This document shows, in pieces, positions 28,146 through 37,695 of a DNA stretch of 64,000 nt (the stretch's first letter is position 1; every line of letters starts with the position of its first letter). The position numbers and the translations under genes were made by a program. The stretch is taken from assembly GCA_963825055.1 (NCBI GenBank), contig CAWGSK010000012.1:416001-480000 (forward strand), in the 5' to 3' direction. Source of the DNA: an uncultured Gemmatimonadales bacterium (GTDB lineage Bacteria; Gemmatimonadota; Gemmatimonadetes; Gemmatimonadales; GWC2-71-9). The notes under the pieces were generated by a model. The model was not told where the DNA came from and made no database searches. It was given only the letters and a program-made list of their open reading frames with translations.

Positions 28146-29614
28146 CAGTCACTGTTCAACCGCTTCAGGTACCACTGAATCAGTCGCTGCCAGAGGCGGT
28201 CCTTTTCGACGAGGTCCTCGTTACCGGTGTCGAGGTTGGGGTTGTCGTTAACCTCGATCACGAAGATGCCGCGCTCGTTCTGCTTGATGTCCACGCCGTA
28301 GAGCCCGTCACCGATGAGCCGGGCCGCGCGCACCGCTGCATCCACCACGCCGTGGGGTGCTTCTTCCAGCCGGAGCGCGTTGAGCTTTCCCTCCGTGACC
28401 TTGCCCTCCTTGCCGTGCTTCATGATCTGCCAGTGCGCCTTGGCCATGAGGTACTGGCACACGTAGAGGGGCTCCCCGTCCAGCACGCCGACCCGCCAGT
28501 CGAGATCCGTGTACATGTACTCCTGGGCCAGGATCAGGTCGGAATCCTCGAGAAGCGCCTCGGCGATGTCTTTCAGTTCACGCCGGTCGGAGGCCTTGTA
28601 CACCCCGCGACTGAAGCTTCCGTCCGGGATCTTGAGTACCACCGGGTAGCCGAACTCCTCCTCCAGGCGCTCGACCTGCTTGACGCTGTCCACCACGACC
28701 GTGCGTGGCGTGGCGATGCGGTTGGCCTGCAACAGTTCCGCGAGGTAGACCTTGTTGGTGCAGCGGAGGATGGAGGTCGGGTCGTCCAGGACGGGGATGC
28801 CTTCGAGCTCAGCCCGCTTGGCGAAGCGGTAGGTGTGGTTGTCCAGCGATGTCGTCTCGCGGATGAAGAGCGCGTCGAATTCCGCCAGACGCAGAAAGTC
28901 CTTTTTCTCGATCAGCTCCACTTCCACGTCGAGGCTCTCGGCAACCTTTGCCAGGCGCTGGAGGCTGCGTGGGCTGCTGGGCGGCAGCTGCTCCTTCGGA
29001 TTGTGGAGCACGGCGAGCGTGTAACGCGCCGGGGGGCGGCTGCGCGGCTGGCGCCATGACTGCCGCGTATAGCGCGGCAGCGCCTCGGTGAAGAGTGCCT
29101 CCAGGGAAGGCTCATCCTCCAGGTCGGCCAGCGACATGGCGCGGATGGAGGCGATCCGCAACCGCTCATCGAGGCGGACCTTCACTTCCAGCATGGGGCA
29201 CCGGAACCAGTCGAACACCCGGCGCGCGAAGGACTGGTAGTGGTTGTCGTCCGCGTACCCGAAGAAGATGTGGAGGGTGAACGGCTTGTCCGGATACTGT
29301 GCCAGCCGCCGCGCCCGCCGGTTCAGGTCGTCCTCGAGGTCGGGAATCGCGTAGCCGTACAGGCTCTTCTGGTTGAGGTCCAGCACCGTCTCGACCGTCG
29401 GAATGACACGATGGCTCCGGGCCTCCGCGAGGAGTGAGCAGTAGTAGCCCGCGCCAAGATAGGCATAGGAGCGGCTGAGGTTGATCACCTTCGGCTGCGC
29501 CCCGCGAACCAGGTCCGGCCGGGCGATATAGTCCCGGGTGGTAACGATGGTGTGCCCAGCGGTATCCCACCGGAAATCCGAGGGTCGATCCACGACGATC
29601 ACGGCGCGGCTCAT
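28145..29614 (-). CDS. RimK-family ATP-grasp ligase with N-terminal RLAN domain
   Basis: INLSRSYAYLGAGYYCSLLAEAR (RLAN); FDALFIRETT, CTNKVY, PVVLKIPDGSFSRGV, YGVD, IEVNDNPN. Confidence 0.9.
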   Translation of the reverse strand: MSRAVIVVDRPSDFRWDTAGHTIVTTRDYIARPDLVRGAQPKVINLSRSYAYLGAGYYCSLLAEARSHRVIPTVETVLDLNQKSLYGYAIPDLEDDLNRRARRLAQYPDKPFTLHIFFGYADDNHYQSFARRVFDWFRCPMLEVKVRLDERLRIASIRAMSLADLEDEPSLEALFTEALPRYTRQSWRQPRSRPPARYTLAVLHNPKEQLPPSSPRSLQRLAKVAESLDVEVELIEKKDFLRLAEFDALFIRETTSLDNHTYRFAKRAELEGIPVLDDPTSILRCTNKVYLAELLQANRIATPRTVVVDSVKQVERLEEEFGYPVVLKIPDGSFSRGVYKASDRRELKDIAEALLEDSDLILAQEYMYTDLDWRVGVLDGEPLYVCQYLMAKAHWQIMKHGKEGKVTEGKLNALRLEEAPHGVVDAAVRAARLIGDGLYGVDIKQNERGIFVIEVNDNPNLDTGNEDLVEKDRLWQRLIQWYLKRLNSD

Positions 29615-30765
29615 GCAGACCCCCGGCGCGACAGGATAAGGGCGGCCTGCAGTTGCTGCCGGCCGTAGCGTGCCATGCGGTCGAAGTCGGCGCGCGGCAG
29701 GGGGAGGTTCGCCTGGTCCGCGCGGCTGGCAAAGTCGCCGGTGCTCACCCACGGGTCGTGGGCGTAGACGAACTGTCCGTCCGCCCCGAGAATCACCAGC
29801 CAGTGCGGTGTCTTCTGGTGGTAGAGGCGATAGGTGCTGACCAGGACGAGGGGGATGCCGCCCTGTGCCAGGGCCCGGTCGAGGTCTGCCGGACGGAGGG
29901 CCCGCCGCGTGACACCGATGTCCGTCTCCGCGACCTCTGCACGGAAGTCCTCCTGCACGAGCCGCATGACCTCCTTCTTGGCCGGGCTCCTCACGCTCTG
30001 GAGGAAGAGCGGCTGGTCGTCGGAGACGAAGATCCGCACGCCGAACCCGCGCGCGTGCGCCGCGAGTGCCAGGCCGAACGGTCCGCAACCTCCGTGGCCG
30101 GCCGTCATGAATATGGTGGTAGACTCGCGCCAGATCCGGAGTTCGAGCCGCCGCGAGGGCCGGATGCGCGGATCCAGCGTCGTCATGGCCATGAGCAGGG
30201 CAGCGGGACCGCAGGTGAAGTCCGTCGTCTGGCCGTAGAATGGCACCAGCCGCGAGGCAGGTATGTCATCGCCGGCCAGCCGTTTCTCGAACCGGAGGGC
30301 AGGGGAGCGGTCGGCGTAAAAGTCGAGGTAGCGACCGAAGGCACGATACCCTGCTTCCTCGTACAGGCGGATTGCCGCGCTGTTGTCCGGCCTCACCTCA
30401 AGGCGCAGTACCGCCTTGCCGGCCTTGAGTGCGGCGGCCTCGGCCCGTTCGAGCAGTTCGCTCCCGAGGCCGCGTCCCCGCGCGGCCGGGTCGATCGCGA
30501 GGGAATAGAGCCGGGCCATCGAAGCCCCCTCCCGGAGGAGCACCAGCACGTAGCCGAGCAGGCCATCCTTCCCTTCGGCGACGAAGGCAAGCGCATTGGC
30601 GTGCTGGAGGAAGTGACGGAACTGGCGGCGTGTCAGGCGGTCACTGGTGAAGCATCGCTCCTCGAGGGCGGCCAGGGCGGGGGCGTCGGAGCCCCGGGCA
30701 GGCCTGAGGCTCGGAGCAGTTACGCGACCTCGAGCGGGTCGTGAGGAGGCAGTTCGACGGGGCAC
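29611..30765 (-). CDS. GNAT (RimI-like) acetyltransferase fused to a peptidase C39-like (DUF3335) domain
   Basis: LYSLAIDPAARGRGLG and LEVRPDN; QTTDFTCGPA (Cys), PHW (His), HDP (Asp); ATGA overlap with the RimK-like gene. Confidence 0.88.
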   Translation of the reverse strand: MPRRTASSRPARGRVTAPSLRPARGSDAPALAALEERCFTSDRLTRRQFRHFLQHANALAFVAEGKDGLLGYVLVLLREGASMARLYSLAIDPAARGRGLGSELLERAEAAALKAGKAVLRLEVRPDNSAAIRLYEEAGYRAFGRYLDFYADRSPALRFEKRLAGDDIPASRLVPFYGQTTDFTCGPAALLMAMTTLDPRIRPSRRLELRIWRESTTIFMTAGHGGCGPFGLALAAHARGFGVRIFVSDDQPLFLQSVRSPAKKEVMRLVQEDFRAEVAETDIGVTRRALRPADLDRALAQGGIPLVLVSTYRLYHQKTPHWLVILGADGQFVYAHDPWVSTGDFASRADQANLPLPRADFDRMARYGRQQLQAALILSRRGSA

Positions 30766-30914
30766 GCGTCCTAAGATACAAGAACGCAGGGTCTTGCGGA
30801 GGCGGGCTGGCCGGTTGGGACTCTTGCAAGACCCCCTGAACTGGCCCGTGCAGTTTGCAGTGCGAATTATTGCAAGATGCGTAGTGTCAACATGTTAGAG
30901 CAATAGTCAGCGTA

Positions 30915-30930
30915 TGGCATGGCCATTGCT
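30915..30930 (+). promoter_or_regulatory. Sigma54 (-24/-12) promoter of the pilin gene
   Basis: TGGCATGGCCATTGCT fits TGGCAC-N5-TTGCW with exact GG-N10-GC spacing; IHF-like TGTCAACATGTTA at 30885-30897. Confidence 0.8.
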
Positions 30931-30993
30931 CTTTCAGATGGACGAAGGCGGCCGGCTACTCGGTCGTCCATCTCTTGATGAAGAGGTTCGGCC

Positions 30994-31407
30994 ATGAGCC
31001 GAAAGGGATTTACCCTGATTGAATTGCTGATCGTGGTCGTGATCATCGGCATCCTCGCCGCGATCGCAATTCCCAAGTTTACGAACTCGAAGGGCAAGGC
31101 AGTGCTGGCCTCGATGAAGAGCGACCTGCGCAACCTCGCCACGGCCCAGGAGGGCTTCTTCTTCGATTTCGCGAGCTATGCGGGGGCCATCGGGCCGGCG
31201 CAGGCAGTTGGCGTCGTCGCCTTCGTTCCTACGAGCGGCAATGTGATTGCCCCCCTGACCAACGTTTCGGTGAATGGTTGGACCGCCACGATCACCAATC
31301 CAATTCTGGCGACACAGTCGCCAAATACCTGCGGGATTTACGTGGGCCCGCCAGCCAATTCACCGAACGCACGCGTGACCCAGGAAGCTGCACCGGCCTG
31401 CTGGTAA
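30994..31407 (+). CDS. Type IV pilin
   Basis: Class III signal MSRKG|FTLIELLIVVVIIGILAAIAIP; two C-terminal cysteines. Confidence 0.92.
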   Translation: MSRKGFTLIELLIVVVIIGILAAIAIPKFTNSKGKAVLASMKSDLRNLATAQEGFFFDFASYAGAIGPAQAVGVVAFVPTSGNVIAPLTNVSVNGWTATITNPILATQSPNTCGIYVGPPANSPNARVTQEAAPACW

Positions 31408-31433
31408 GCCTCTCCTGAAGTCACAAACACCAT

Positions 31434-31469
31434 GCGGCGGGGACCTCCGGGTTCCCGCCGCTGGTTTTT
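31434..31469 (+). terminator. Intrinsic terminator after pilin
   Basis: GCGGCGGGGACC-TCCG-GGTTCCCGCCGC then TGGTTTTT. Confidence 0.75.
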
Positions 31470-31630
31470 GGGGATGGAGGGCTGGAGGCCTGGGGGTCTG
31501 GAAGTCTGGAGGTCGACGACCCACCACCTCAAAACCTCCTGACCTTGTGCCAAACTCCTTTCCCAACAATATTTTACCCCTTTCCATCTGAGGGAGATTC
31601 AAGGTTCTCCCTCGCGACAGTGGGCAGGGC

Positions 31631-32905
31631 ATGATCAAGGTTACCGGGGTACATCCCGATTCGCTCGGCGCCGAGCTTGGCCTCATGGCCGGCACGGAGC
31701 TGCTGAGCATCAACGGACGCCCGCTGGACGACTTCCTCGACTGGGAGTTCCACACGGCGGACGACGCCTTCCTGCTGCACGTCCGCCAGCCGGACGGCGG
31801 TGAGGTCGAGTACGACATCGAGCGCCCCGAGGGGCTCCCGATGGGGGTGTCCCTCGAGCCGCCGCGGGTGCGGCGATGCGCCAACCGGTGCGATTTCTGT
31901 TTTGTGGATGGCCTGCCGGAGGGGCTGCGCGAGACCCTCTACATCCGGGACGACGATTACCGCCTGTCCTTCAAGTACGGCAACTTCGCGACACTGACCA
32001 ACCTGAAGCCGAAGGACGTGGAGCGGATCGTCGAGTACCGGCTGTCGCCGTTGTACGTCTCGGTGCATGCGACCGATCCGGTCATGCGACGCTACCTGCT
32101 CCGCAACCCGCTGGCGCCGGATATCCTCGAGCAGCTTCGCTACTTCGCCGGACACGGCATCGTGTTCCACACCCAGGTCGTCATGTCGCCTGGCGTCAAC
32201 GATGGCGCGGTTCTCGAGCGCACGCTGTCGGATCTCTTCGGATTCGGCGATGCCGTGCTCAACGCGTCGGTCGTTCCCGTCGGGCTCACGGAGTTCAGCA
32301 AGCACCACCTGTGTCGGGAGCCCACACGGGACGAGTGCGCGGCGGCGGTCGACCTGCTGGAGGTGTGGGGTGACAGGGCCCGGGCCGAGCGGGGCATGAC
32401 GTGGGCCTTCGGCGCGGACGAACTGTACCTGCGCGCGGGGCGGGCATTGCCGCCGGCCGAGCACTACGACGGATTCGAGCAGGTGGAGAACGGGGTGGGA
32501 TCCGTCCGGTTCCTCCAGGAACGGATCGCCGGGGCCGGCCCCATGCCGGGCTGGAACGGGCGCCGTATCGGCGTGCTCACCGGCACCTCGATGGCCGCCC
32601 TGATGCCGCAGGTCCTGGAACCGCTGGCCCGGGTCACGGGTGCGATATTCCACCTCATTCCCCTCTCGAACACCCTGTTCGGCGAGAGCGTGACCTGCGC
32701 AGGACTCCTGCCCGGCGCGGCCTTCCGTGTGGCGCTCGCCGGACGGCGGGACCTGGATCTCGCGCTCCTGCCCGGCGAGTGCCTGAACGACGACGGCCTC
32801 TTCATGGATGACCTGAGCCTCGGCGACCTCGCCGCGACCGTCCCGGTGGAAGTCCGCCCTTCCCGCGACTTCGTGGACGCCCTGGGCTTCCCGGTTGCCG
32901 CATGA
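31631..32905 (+). CDS. DUF512 radical-SAM-like protein with N-terminal PDZ-like domain
   Basis: CANRCDFC (CxxxCxxC), DDDYRLSF, SPLYVSVHAT, VVPVGLT, ADELYL, ENGVG. Confidence 0.88.
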   Translation: MIKVTGVHPDSLGAELGLMAGTELLSINGRPLDDFLDWEFHTADDAFLLHVRQPDGGEVEYDIERPEGLPMGVSLEPPRVRRCANRCDFCFVDGLPEGLRETLYIRDDDYRLSFKYGNFATLTNLKPKDVERIVEYRLSPLYVSVHATDPVMRRYLLRNPLAPDILEQLRYFAGHGIVFHTQVVMSPGVNDGAVLERTLSDLFGFGDAVLNASVVPVGLTEFSKHHLCREPTRDECAAAVDLLEVWGDRARAERGMTWAFGADELYLRAGRALPPAEHYDGFEQVENGVGSVRFLQERIAGAGPMPGWNGRRIGVLTGTSMAALMPQVLEPLARVTGAIFHLIPLSNTLFGESVTCAGLLPGAAFRVALAGRRDLDLALLPGECLNDDGLFMDDLSLGDLAATVPVEVRPSRDFVDALGFPVAA

Positions 32906-34224
32906 GCAAACCCACCATCGCGATCATCGGTCGCCCGAACGTCGGCAAGTCCACCCTGTTCAACCGCCTGCTTGGCGGTCGGCGCGCAATCGTCTCCGAA
33001 CACCCGGGGACCACCCGGGACCGGCACTTCGGGGACGGCGAATGGAACGGGCGCGAGTTCTGGGTGGTGGACACCGGCGGCCTCCTGCCCGGCAGCCGCG
33101 AATCGATCGATATCGCCATCCGGGAGCAGGTCGAGATAGCGCTCCGGGAAGCGGATGTGATCCTTTTCGTCGTGGACGGGAAGGACGGGCCAACCGCGGT
33201 CGACCGGGAAATCGCCGCCCAGCTCCGCAAGACCAGCCTCCCGGTACTTCTCGCCGTCAACAAGCTGGACGACCTGCCACGGACCGACGATCATCTGGCG
33301 TTCTATGAGCTGGGAATCGGCGAGCCACACCAGGTCTCGGCCCAGGTAGGGAAGGGCAGCGGCGACCTGCTCGACGCCGTGGTGGCACAGCTGCCCGACG
33401 AGCCCGGTCCACCCGCGGAGGAACAGATCGACGTGGCGGTGGTCGGAAGGCCGAACGTCGGCAAGTCGTCGATCATCAACCGGCTCCTGGGCGCCGAGCG
33501 GCACGTGGTGGCTGCCGAGGCTGGTACCACAAGGGACGCGATCGATTCCCCCTTGCGGTATCACGACAAGGTGCTCAACTTCATTGATACCGCCGGTTTA
33601 CGAAAACGATCTAAAGTAGAAGATGACCTTGAGTTCTATTCGACCCTGCGGACACGCAGGGCAGTGGAGCGTGCCGAGGTATGCGTGCTGGTGGTGGACG
33701 CCAAGCTCGGTCTGCATACCCAGGACCTCCGCATTGCCAACGAGGCGTGGGACCGCGGGTGCGGCCTGATCATTGTGGTGAACAAGTGGGACCTGATCGA
33801 AGAGAAGGACGCGAATACCGCAAGCCGGGGCGAGACGATGTTGAAGGAGAAGGCCCCTTTCCTTCGCTGGGTCCCGTTCATCTATGTCTCGGCCCTCACG
33901 GGGCAGCGGGTCCGGCAGGTGCTGGACGTCATCCTGCAGGTGGCAGAGGCGCGGCACCGGCGGGTGCCTACGGCGGAGGTGAACCGGGTGCTCGAGGCCA
34001 TGCTGCAGCATGCAGCGCCACCGCAGAAAGCGGGTGAGGAAGTGAAACTCTTCTACGCGAGCCAGATCGGCACGACGCCGCCGGCCTTTGCCATTGTCAG
34101 CAACCGGCCGAAGGACATCCCGGAGAGCTACCAGCGGTACATCCTCAACGGTTTCCGCGACGCGTGGTCGTTCGAGGGAGTGCCGGTCCGGCTCAAGCTG
34201 CGCCAGCGGAGCGCGCGCCGGTGA
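32902..34224 (+). CDS. der: Ribosome biogenesis GTPase Der (EngA)
   Basis: Two G-domains, each GRPNVGKS / GTTRD / DTxG / NKxD, plus KH-like C-terminus. Confidence 0.96.
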   Translation: MSKPTIAIIGRPNVGKSTLFNRLLGGRRAIVSEHPGTTRDRHFGDGEWNGREFWVVDTGGLLPGSRESIDIAIREQVEIALREADVILFVVDGKDGPTAVDREIAAQLRKTSLPVLLAVNKLDDLPRTDDHLAFYELGIGEPHQVSAQVGKGSGDLLDAVVAQLPDEPGPPAEEQIDVAVVGRPNVGKSSIINRLLGAERHVVAAEAGTTRDAIDSPLRYHDKVLNFIDTAGLRKRSKVEDDLEFYSTLRTRRAVERAEVCVLVVDAKLGLHTQDLRIANEAWDRGCGLIIVVNKWDLIEEKDANTASRGETMLKEKAPFLRWVPFIYVSALTGQRVRQVLDVILQVAEARHRRVPTAEVNRVLEAMLQHAAPPQKAGEEVKLFYASQIGTTPPAFAIVSNRPKDIPESYQRYILNGFRDAWSFEGVPVRLKLRQRSARR

Positions 34225-34838
34225 TCGCCCCGGCGGCAGGCTGGCTCCTGGCGTCCTACTTCCTGGGCGCCATTCCCACGAGCTACCTTGCCGCGCGGCT
34301 CATTGGCGGCGTCGACCTGCGGAAGCAGGGAAGCGGCAACCTGGGCGCGACGAACCTCTACCGTACGCTGGGGTGGCGTTACGCGGTCCCGGTCGGACTC
34401 TTCGACATCGCCAAGGGAGCAATTCCGGTCTGGCTCTTCGGCCCCGAGGTCCCGGGCATCGCGCTGTTTCCCCTGTTCTGCGGACTGGCCGCGGTGGTAG
34501 GCCATGTCTTCAGCGTTTTTGTCGGCTTCAAGGGTGGCAAGGGCGTGGCTACAGCCTCGGGCGTCGTCCTTGGACTGGCCCCGGTGGCCTTCCTGGCAGT
34601 GGCGGCAGTCTTCGCCGCGGTGGTGTGGGCGACGGGCTACGTCTCCCTGGGGAGCATCACGGCGGCGGCGCTCTTCCCGCTGTTGGCGTGGCTATTGTCC
34701 GGCGCCCGCGGCGCGGTGCTGGTCATCGAGATCGCGCTCTGCGCCTTCCTGATCTGGAAGCATCGAACCAACATCAGGCGCCTGCTGCAGGGCACCGAGA
34801 ACCGGTTCCGCACCCGCCACCATGAGGGCACGGCGTGA
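34221..34838 (+). CDS. plsY: Glycerol-3-phosphate acyltransferase
   Basis: GSGNLGATNLYR, DIAKG, GHVFS, FKGGKGVAT, HRTNIRRL. Confidence 0.95.
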   Translation: MIAPAAGWLLASYFLGAIPTSYLAARLIGGVDLRKQGSGNLGATNLYRTLGWRYAVPVGLFDIAKGAIPVWLFGPEVPGIALFPLFCGLAAVVGHVFSVFVGFKGGKGVATASGVVLGLAPVAFLAVAAVFAAVVWATGYVSLGSITAAALFPLLAWLLSGARGAVLVIEIALCAFLIWKHRTNIRRLLQGTENRFRTRHHEGTA

Positions 34839-35836
34839 CGACCGTCGCCGTGCTGGGAGCGGGAAGCTGGGGCACCACCCTGGCCAACCTGCTGGCCAGG
34901 AAAGGGGAAGCAGACGTCCGGCTCTGGGCGTACGAGGCCGAGGTCGCCGAGAGCATCAATGCAGGCCGGGGCAATGCACTGTTCCTGCCCGGCGTGGCGT
35001 TGAGCGAACGGCTTCGGGCATCGAGTGATGCGGCGGACACCGTCCGCGGCGCGGACCTGATCCTGAGCGTGATCCCGAGCCACGCCGTTCGCAGCGTGAC
35101 GGCCGGACTCGGCAAGGCGGTGTCTCCGGGTACGCTCGTGGTGAGTGCCACCAAGGGCATCGAGGCGGAGAGCCTGAAACTCATGAGCGAGGTGCTTGCC
35201 GAGACGCTCGACCGTCCCGAGGTAGCCATCCTCTCCGGGCCGAGCTTTGCGGAGGAAGTCTGCCGGGACGAGCCGACCGCAGTGGTGGCAGCGGCCGCCG
35301 GCGTCGCCACCGCGAGCCGGGTGCAGGACGTCTTTACCACGCCGGCCTTCCGGGTGTACTCAAACCAGGACCCGGTCGGCGTCCAGCTCGGTGGTGCGCT
35401 CAAGAACATCATCGCCATCGCGGCCGGCATGCTCGAAGGGCTCGGGCTGGGCAACAACCCGCGCGCCGCGCTGGTGACTCGCGGCCTGGCCGAGATCACC
35501 CGCATTGGGGTCGCGATGGGGGCCGAGCCCATGACCTTTGCCGGCCTGGCGGGACTCGGCGACCTCCTGTTGACGACGTGTGGCGCGCTGAGCCGGAACC
35601 GTGCCCTGGGTGTGGCACTCGCGGAAGGACAGGATTTCGAGCAGTACACCGCAGCCCACCGCACCGTTGCCGAGGGTGCCTACACGGCCCGCGCGGCGGT
35701 GGCCCTCGCCCGGAAGATGGGAGTGGAGATGCCGATCACCGAACAGGTCCACGCCGTGCTCTATGAAGGCCAGTCGCCGCGCAGGGCGCTGGGTGAACTG
35801 ATGGAGCGCGCGCCGAGACCGGAGCAATGGTCATGA
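34835..35836 (+). CDS. gpsA: NAD(P)H-dependent glycerol-3-phosphate dehydrogenase
   Basis: GAGSWGT, ATKGIE, SGPSFA, GALKNIIAIAAG, GLGDL, SRN. Confidence 0.95.
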   Translation: MTTVAVLGAGSWGTTLANLLARKGEADVRLWAYEAEVAESINAGRGNALFLPGVALSERLRASSDAADTVRGADLILSVIPSHAVRSVTAGLGKAVSPGTLVVSATKGIEAESLKLMSEVLAETLDRPEVAILSGPSFAEEVCRDEPTAVVAAAAGVATASRVQDVFTTPAFRVYSNQDPVGVQLGGALKNIIAIAAGMLEGLGLGNNPRAALVTRGLAEITRIGVAMGAEPMTFAGLAGLGDLLLTTCGALSRNRALGVALAEGQDFEQYTAAHRTVAEGAYTARAAVALARKMGVEMPITEQVHAVLYEGQSPRRALGELMERAPRPEQWS

Positions 35837-36207
35837 CCGCGGCCCGACCGACCCAGGAGTTCTTTTCCATCGGAGAGGTGTGCGCCCTGACGGAACTGAA
35901 GCCGCATGTGCTGCGGTACTGGGAAAGCCAGTTCCGGTTCCTGAACCCCGCCAAGAACCGGTCAGGCAACCGGGTCTACAAGAGTCGGGAAGTCGAACTC
36001 ATCATGCTGGTCAAGCACCTTCTCTATACGGAGAAATACACAATCGAAGGGGCCCGCCAGCGGATTGAGCATTTCCGTCGCACCGGGGAACTCCGCGGGG
36101 CGGCACACCAGGCGCTGGGCCGCGAGACGATCCGGGAGCTGCAGGATGCGCTCGAGGAGGTCCGGGTCATCCTCGAGGGCGGGAACAGGAAACGGAAGAA
36201 GTCCTAG
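35833..36207 (+). CDS. MerR-family HTH transcriptional regulator
   Basis: FSIGEV...HVLRYWESQF...GNRVY...YTIEGA. Confidence 0.9.
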   Translation: MTAARPTQEFFSIGEVCALTELKPHVLRYWESQFRFLNPAKNRSGNRVYKSREVELIMLVKHLLYTEKYTIEGARQRIEHFRRTGELRGAAHQALGRETIRELQDALEEVRVILEGGNRKRKKS

Positions 36208-36229
36208 CCCCGGGATTATCTTTGGCCTC

Positions 36230-37012
36230 ATGACCGCCACCCCTGCACCTGACGGCGCCCGTCCGCCCATCCTCGTCAGCAACGATGACGGCATCATGGC
36301 ACCGGGGCTTGGCCTCCTCGCGGCGGCGTGCCAGCAGGTCGGGCGCGTGACGGTGGTGGCCCCCGACCGCGAACAGAGCGGGACCGCGCACTCGCTCACC
36401 CTGCACCTCCCGCTCCGCGCGATGCGGCGGCCCGATGGCGCCTTCCAGGTTGACGGAACCCCCACCGACTGCGTGCTGCTCGCGTTCGGGGCCTTGCTCC
36501 CGGAAAAGCCTGCCTTCGTGTTCAGTGGTGTGAACCACGGTCCCAACATGGGTGAAGACGTGCTCTACTCCGGCACGGTCAGCGTGGCGATGGAAGCGGT
36601 CACGCTCGGGGTGCCGGGGATCGGCGTCAGTTTCGCGGGGCGCGACCCCGAGCTCATGAACACGTATGGGGAATGGCTCACCCGGCTCGTCCGGCAGATC
36701 ACCAGCGTCCGGGATTTCCCGGCCGACACCCTGCTCAACATCAACCTTCCCGCGATTCCGGCCAGCGAGGTTCGCGGCGTCAAGGTGACACACCTGGGGA
36801 GCCGGTACTTCTCGGAGTCGCTGACCCGGATGCAGGACCCATGGGGACGCGAGATTTTCTGGATCGGCGGCGGCACGATCACCTGGACCGGCGGAGAGGA
36901 CAGTGACCACGCGGCCGTAGCCGAGGGGTACATTTCGGTGACGCCGTTGCACATGGACCTGACCAACTACAAGCTCATGGAAACGGTACGCGGATGGAAT
37001 CTCGACGCGTAG
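36230..37012 (+). CDS. surE: 5'/3'-nucleotidase SurE
   Basis: ILVSNDDG, GTPTDCV, SGVNHGPN, YSGTV, ISVTPL. Confidence 0.95.
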   Translation: MTATPAPDGARPPILVSNDDGIMAPGLGLLAAACQQVGRVTVVAPDREQSGTAHSLTLHLPLRAMRRPDGAFQVDGTPTDCVLLAFGALLPEKPAFVFSGVNHGPNMGEDVLYSGTVSVAMEAVTLGVPGIGVSFAGRDPELMNTYGEWLTRLVRQITSVRDFPADTLLNINLPAIPASEVRGVKVTHLGSRYFSESLTRMQDPWGREIFWIGGGTITWTGGEDSDHAAVAEGYISVTPLHMDLTNYKLMETVRGWNLDA

Positions 37013-37695
37013 GACCGCCGGGCCACGGCGACGGTTACGGCGGCTACCGGAGCCAACTGGTGGAGACGCTCCAGGCCAAGGGCATCCGCAGCCTGCCTCT
37101 CCTGCAGGCGATTTCGGAAGTCCCCCGGCACCTGTTCGTGCCGGAGAGCGTCCGGCACCGGGCCTATGAGGATAGCGCGCTTCCGATCGGGCAGGGGCAG
37201 ACGATCAGCCAGCCCTTCGTCCAGGCGCGCTCCATCGAAGCGGCCCGGCTGACCGGGGATGAGAAAGTACTGGAGGTCGGGACCGGGTCGGGCTACCAGA
37301 CCGCCCTGCTGGCGCGGCTGGCAAGCGTGGTGTTTTCGGTCGAGCGGATCTCGTCGCTGGCGACCCGGGGACGGGCCGCGCTTGAGGAAGCCGGCATCCG
37401 GAACGTTTCCGTCATGGTGGGGGATGGCACCCTCGGCTGGCGACCGTATGCCCCGTATGACGTGATCGTCGTGTCCGCCGCCTCGCCCGGCGTTCCGGAA
37501 CCACTGGCGGAACAGCTGGCCATCGGCGGCCGGCTGATCATCCCGATCGGGGACCGGGAGTCACAGATCCTGATGCTGTACGAGAAGGATGACCAGGGGG
37601 TCATGTCGGAAGGGCGGCAGGTCAACGATGTCCGCTTCGTGCCCCTGCTCGGCCAGTTCGGGTTCCAGCCATCCCCGGAGAATCATGCTCTCTGA
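36994..37695 (+). CDS. pcm: Protein-L-isoaspartate O-methyltransferase
   Basis: VPRHLF, GQTISQP, VLEVGTGSGYQTA, FVPL; surE-pcm synteny. Confidence 0.95.
   Translation: MESRRVGPPGHGDGYGGYRSQLVETLQAKGIRSLPLLQAISEVPRHLFVPESVRHRAYEDSALPIGQGQTISQPFVQARSIEAARLTGDEKVLEVGTGSGYQTALLARLASVVFSVERISSLATRGRAALEEAGIRNVSVMVGDGTLGWRPYAPYDVIVVSAASPGVPEPLAEQLAIGGRLIIPIGDRESQILMLYEKDDQGVMSEGRQVNDVRFVPLLGQFGFQPSPENHAL

Noticed and set aside
29615..30088. N-terminal extension of the RimK-like ORF (647 aa)
   Set aside because: Overlaps the GNAT-C39 gene; the real start is ATG 29614 with an ATGA overlap
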